Shown piece after piece: positions 18,608 to 21,576 of a stretch of DNA of 21,576 bases (its first letter is position 1; every line of letters begins with the position of its first letter). This stretch comes from Opitutales bacterium (GTDB taxonomy: Bacteria; Verrucomicrobiota; Verrucomicrobiia; Opitutales; Coraliomargaritaceae): positions 32,260 through 53,835 of the forward strand of contig JBMYNR010000007.1 in NCBI GenBank assembly GCA_049598495.1, read 5' to 3'. The notes beneath the pieces are model-generated. The model did not search any database. It was not told the DNA's origin and was given only the letters and a program-made list of their open reading frames with translations. Position numbers and translations under genes: made by a program.

Positions 18608-18642
18608 CAGAAGTCAGTAAGCAGAATACAGTAGCCAGAATA
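18608..18642. repeat. Heptamer tandem repeat (CAGAAGT CAGTAAG CAGAATA CAGTAGC CAGAATA)
   Basis: Five CAG-initiated 7-mers directly upstream of the HAD start codon. Confidence 0.65.
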
Positions 18643-18982
18643 CAAGAAAAACAAGCCCGAGCATCTCCCTTCCCCTAACATCCGGCATCTGATGTAGGAA
18701 AAAATGAATATGAACCACCCGCTGCGCTGGAGAGCACCGAGTCACAGAGAAGAGAAAAACAAAAACTCAGTGTCTTCGTGTCTCCAACGACCTTCAGGGA
18801 GTGAGTGGTAAAAAGAAAGAACTTAGTGTGACACCCGGGAATGCGCTGGACTCGATCCGACCTCTCGGCGATGAAGGAAGCTACATCCAGTCGACGCAGA
18901 CAACACCCATGTAACCCGCACGAAACTCTAAAAATCAACCGGGCGATTGAGCCCTTAGGCTGCTTGTCTGGTCTCATCGTTA

Positions 18983-19028
18983 TCCGTTCTCCGACATCTG
19001 TCCTCCGTTCTCCGTTCTCTGTTCTCCG
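18983..19028. repeat. Heptamer tandem repeat (TCCGTTC consensus, about 6.5 units)
   Basis: TCCGTTC TCCGACA TCTGTCC TCCGTTC TCCGTTC TCTGTTC TCCG, just downstream of the membrane-protein stop. Confidence 0.75.
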
Positions 19029-19036
19029 AAGAACCA

Positions 19037-19450
19037 TCAATCGAGCAACTCGGGTTTACGCTGAAACAGCACGACAGGCACCTGGAGCAGGGCCAGAAAG
19101 ATGAGGGTTCCTTCAAAACCGGGCACACCCAACTTCTCTCCACGTTCCGCCGCCGCCATGTAGGCAAACATCACAACCGCCACCATGACGAAAACAAAAG
19201 CGGCTGAGAGTAGGACCAACAAAATATAGCACGGCTTCCACGCAGCATATGAAACCCGCCCATAGGGCAGACTCAGAACTAGCGCATAGACCACGAAATA
19301 AAGGCCCTTGAAAATATCGAAGCTTCCCTGTCCTTGTATCAATGCGGTGATCCCGAGAGCCAAAAGGAGAACCGACAGGACATGCCCCCCAATGCGTGCG
19401 TAAGCTAGGCTTCGGGCGCGGGTAGTTTCTAGTTCAGGCGGTTTTATCAT
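19037..19450 (-). CDS. Hypothetical integral membrane protein (about 4 TM helices)
   Basis: 137 aa with four hydrophobic segments; no family recognised. Confidence 0.75.
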   Translation of the reverse strand: MIKPPELETTRARSLAYARIGGHVLSVLLLALGITALIQGQGSFDIFKGLYFVVYALVLSLPYGRVSYAAWKPCYILLVLLSAAFVFVMVAVVMFAYMAAAERGEKLGVPGFEGTLIFLALLQVPVVLFQRKPELLD

Positions 19451-19622
19451 GACTTGGTTGAACAGTATGTTTTGACGCTCAATTGCAAAGCTTTACTCCA
19501 AGTTCTTTAAAGCTGACGACGCTCGCGACCCGCGAGGAGCGACTGGCAATCCGCCTGACACTCGCTCGCGGCACTTGCTCGCCTTCGCGCTCTTTGCCGC
19601 TTGAACCTAAAGAGCGTGAGAT

Positions 19623-20192
19623 TCATTTCATGCTTTTCTCGAACAGTGCACTCAGATCAGCGCCCGTTTCCTGCTCGGCCTCAAGCAGCGCCCGCTTTCG
19701 CTGTGCACCCCAGCGATAATTGCCCGATAGGCCCGTTGCTGGGAGCACCCGATGACAGGGCAGCAGAATGGAAACCGGATTAGCGCCTACTGCCGAACCA
19801 ACCGCACGACTGGCCTTCGGTCGGCCAATCGCCGCGGCAATCGCACCGTAACTCGTTCTCCCGCCGAAGGGAATCTCCAAAAGCTCACGCCAAATCAGGC
19901 GCTGAAACTTCGTGCCACCCAGATCGAGATAGCCCCACTGCGTAGGCGCATCCGCTCGCTGAAAAAGCTCGAGCCATTGAAGAAATACCCCACGAAACGC
20001 ACTGTCCGATTTGCACGCGTGCCGATCTGCAAATACCAAAGAGGTGAGTCCTTTTCTCGTGAAGCAAACCTGCATCCAACCAAAACGAGTCATGAGCCAG
20101 GCACCCTTTTCCTGGGGACTGGCTCGGCTACTTAAAGTAGTGAACAAATTATCATTTAGTCTTGCCATGAGGGGCTTGGCTTCCAAAGTCAT
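19623..20192 (-). CDS. ogt: Methylated-DNA--protein-cysteine S-methyltransferase
   Basis: GT.FQ..IW..L..IPFG...SYG.IA, ASRAVGSAVGANP, active site PCHRV and Y.WG..RK..LL..E. Start codon uncertain (20192 or a downstream ATG). Confidence 0.88.
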   Translation of the reverse strand: MTLEAKPLMARLNDNLFTTLSSRASPQEKGAWLMTRFGWMQVCFTRKGLTSLVFADRHACKSDSAFRGVFLQWLELFQRADAPTQWGYLDLGGTKFQRLIWRELLEIPFGGRTSYGAIAAAIGRPKASRAVGSAVGANPVSILLPCHRVLPATGLSGNYRWGAQRKRALLEAEQETGADLSALFEKSMK

Positions 20193-20239
20193 ACAAACGA
20201 TCCAATTTCTAACCCGACAAACCTTAAGTGTATTCTACT

Positions 20240-21313
20240 ATGGCTGCTAAAACACAAATTCAAAAGTCCGAACGCAATCCTGAAGCCGATCGTAAAAACC
20301 TCGATCTAGCAATCTCTGGAATCAATAAACAGTTCGGGCCCGGTGCCCTGATGCGCCTTGGCGAGGCCACTAAAATGGAAATTGATGTGATCTCCACAGG
20401 CTCCATCGCCATCGACCTTGCGCTCGGCGCAGGCGGTCTACCCCGCGGCCGTATTTGCGAGATCTACGGTCCGGAAAGCTCGGGCAAAACCACCTTCTGT
20501 CTCAGCGCCATTGCCCAGGCACAGAAAGAAGGCGGCAACGCGGTTTTTATCGACGTGGAGCACGCACTCGATCCGCGTTACGCCAAAGTCGTCGGGGTGG
20601 ATCTGGAGAACCTCATGGTCTCCCAGCCGGAAAGCGGCGAAGATGCGCTCAATATTACCGAGACTCTAATCCGTTCCGGCGCCGTGGATATCATCGTGGT
20701 CGACTCGGTGGCTGCGCTGGTTTCCAAAAACGAGCTTGATGGCCAGATGGGCGACACCACGGTTGGCCTGCAGGCTCGTATGATGAGCCAAGCCATGCGC
20801 CGACTGACCGCCGCGATCAGTAAAACAAAGTGTGTCGTCCTCTTCACCAATCAGATTCGTGAGAAAATCGGCGTCATGTTCGGTAGTCCGGAAACACAGC
20901 CGGGTGGCCGCGCGCTCAAGTTTTTTGCCTCCGTCCGTATGGACATCCGCCGGATCGGTCAGATCAAAGAAAGCAACGGTAAGGTGGTCGGCAACCGCAC
21001 CCGTATCAAAATTGTTAAGAATAAAGTAGCTCCCCCTTTCACCGAATCCGAGTTCGACATCATGTATAACGAGGGCATCTCGCACTCCGGCTCACTCGTT
21101 GATCTAGGTGTAGAGCATAAGATCCTCGAGAAGAAGGGTTCTTGGATTTCCTACAATGGCGAAATGATCGGCCAAGGTCGCGAAGCCGCCAAGCAGCACA
21201 TCAAAGACACACCCGAACTCGCCGCTGAGCTCACCCAACTCATCAAGGAAAAGGTGCACCCAAAAGTCGGCGAAGCGCTCACCGGCGAAAGTGAGGAAGC
21301 GGAAAGCGAGTAG
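20240..21313 (+). CDS. recA: Recombinase RecA
   Basis: [51 protein letters not shown] and [11 protein letters not shown]. Start at ATG 20240. Confidence 0.98.
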   Translation: MAAKTQIQKSERNPEADRKNLDLAISGINKQFGPGALMRLGEATKMEIDVISTGSIAIDLALGAGGLPRGRICEIYGPESSGKTTFCLSAIAQAQKEGGNAVFIDVEHALDPRYAKVVGVDLENLMVSQPESGEDALNITETLIRSGAVDIIVVDSVAALVSKNELDGQMGDTTVGLQARMMSQAMRRLTAAISKTKCVVLFTNQIREKIGVMFGSPETQPGGRALKFFASVRMDIRRIGQIKESNGKVVGNRTRIKIVKNKVAPPFTESEFDIMYNEGISHSGSLVDLGVEHKILEKKGSWISYNGEMIGQGREAAKQHIKDTPELAAELTQLIKEKVHPKVGEALTGESEEAESE

Positions 21314-21435
21314 GCCTCCAACTTCTCATGCCGGATTTGTGAGGTTTGGCCTAATGAGCAACACCCCGTCTCGTTGTTATCAGGCATCAGACGAGCGAAA
21401 GCCCAAGCTTCAACAAAGCCCCGCGCATTCTAAAC

Positions 21436-21460
21436 GTTGGAGTGCGCCCTTTAGGGCGTC
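21436..21460 (+). repeat. 25-bp REP-like palindrome, copy B
   Basis: GTTGGAGTGCGCCCTTTAGGGCGTC, hairpin CGCCCT-TT-AGGGCG. The flank CCCCGCGC is also shared with copy A. Confidence 0.8.
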
Positions 21461-21576
21461 AGGAACCAACCCCACCCGCTTCAATCGAGACAGCGCGTTC
21501 CCTGTTAATCGGACAACAGACGGGCTAGCCCGCTTATTGCATGAGATCCAGAATTGGCTTTGGCAAGGCGCGAGCC

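Noticed and set aside
18675..19104. 121-aa and 87-aa ORFs in the HAD upstream region
   Set aside because: They translate heptamer repeats (RRTENGERRT, SVLRSPFSVL) and show no family motifs.
20130..20240. LexA/SOS box between divergent ogt and recA
   Set aside because: Only a GAACA half-site (about 20142) is visible; no complete palindrome of a known SOS-box type could be supported.

Overview
Bacterial chromosomal window of moderately high GC, mostly housekeeping genes. Protein style suggests Verrucomicrobiota (Opitutia-like); this is an inference. Gene order: tcdA(-), Nif3-like(+), PAS-SpoIIE phosphatase(+), rsmE(-), prlC(+), a ~1.35 kb accessory insert, ruvB(+), TrmH/RlmB-type methyltransferase(+), GGCT(+), PPi-type phosphofructokinase(-), purB(-), CPBP protease(-), dimeric dUTPase(-), basic low-complexity protein(+), murA(+), GAF protein(+), DapF-like(+), HAD hydrolase(-), membrane protein(-), ogt(-), recA(+). 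Four things stand out. (1) The insert between prlC and ruvB holds a DUF3800-type gene broken by one in-frame TAG, a structured RNA-like element overlapping its stop codon, and the C-terminal remnant of a probable restriction-modification protein. (2) Small repeats are abundant: GTAG-type REPs (one translated in frame inside prlC), a 172-bp element in two identical inverted copies, a tandem array of TAA-separated TACC...GGTA units after dapF, and heptamer tracts. (3) The DapF homologue has both catalytic Cys replaced by Ser. (4) No transposase, tRNA, rRNA or CRISPR array was recognised.
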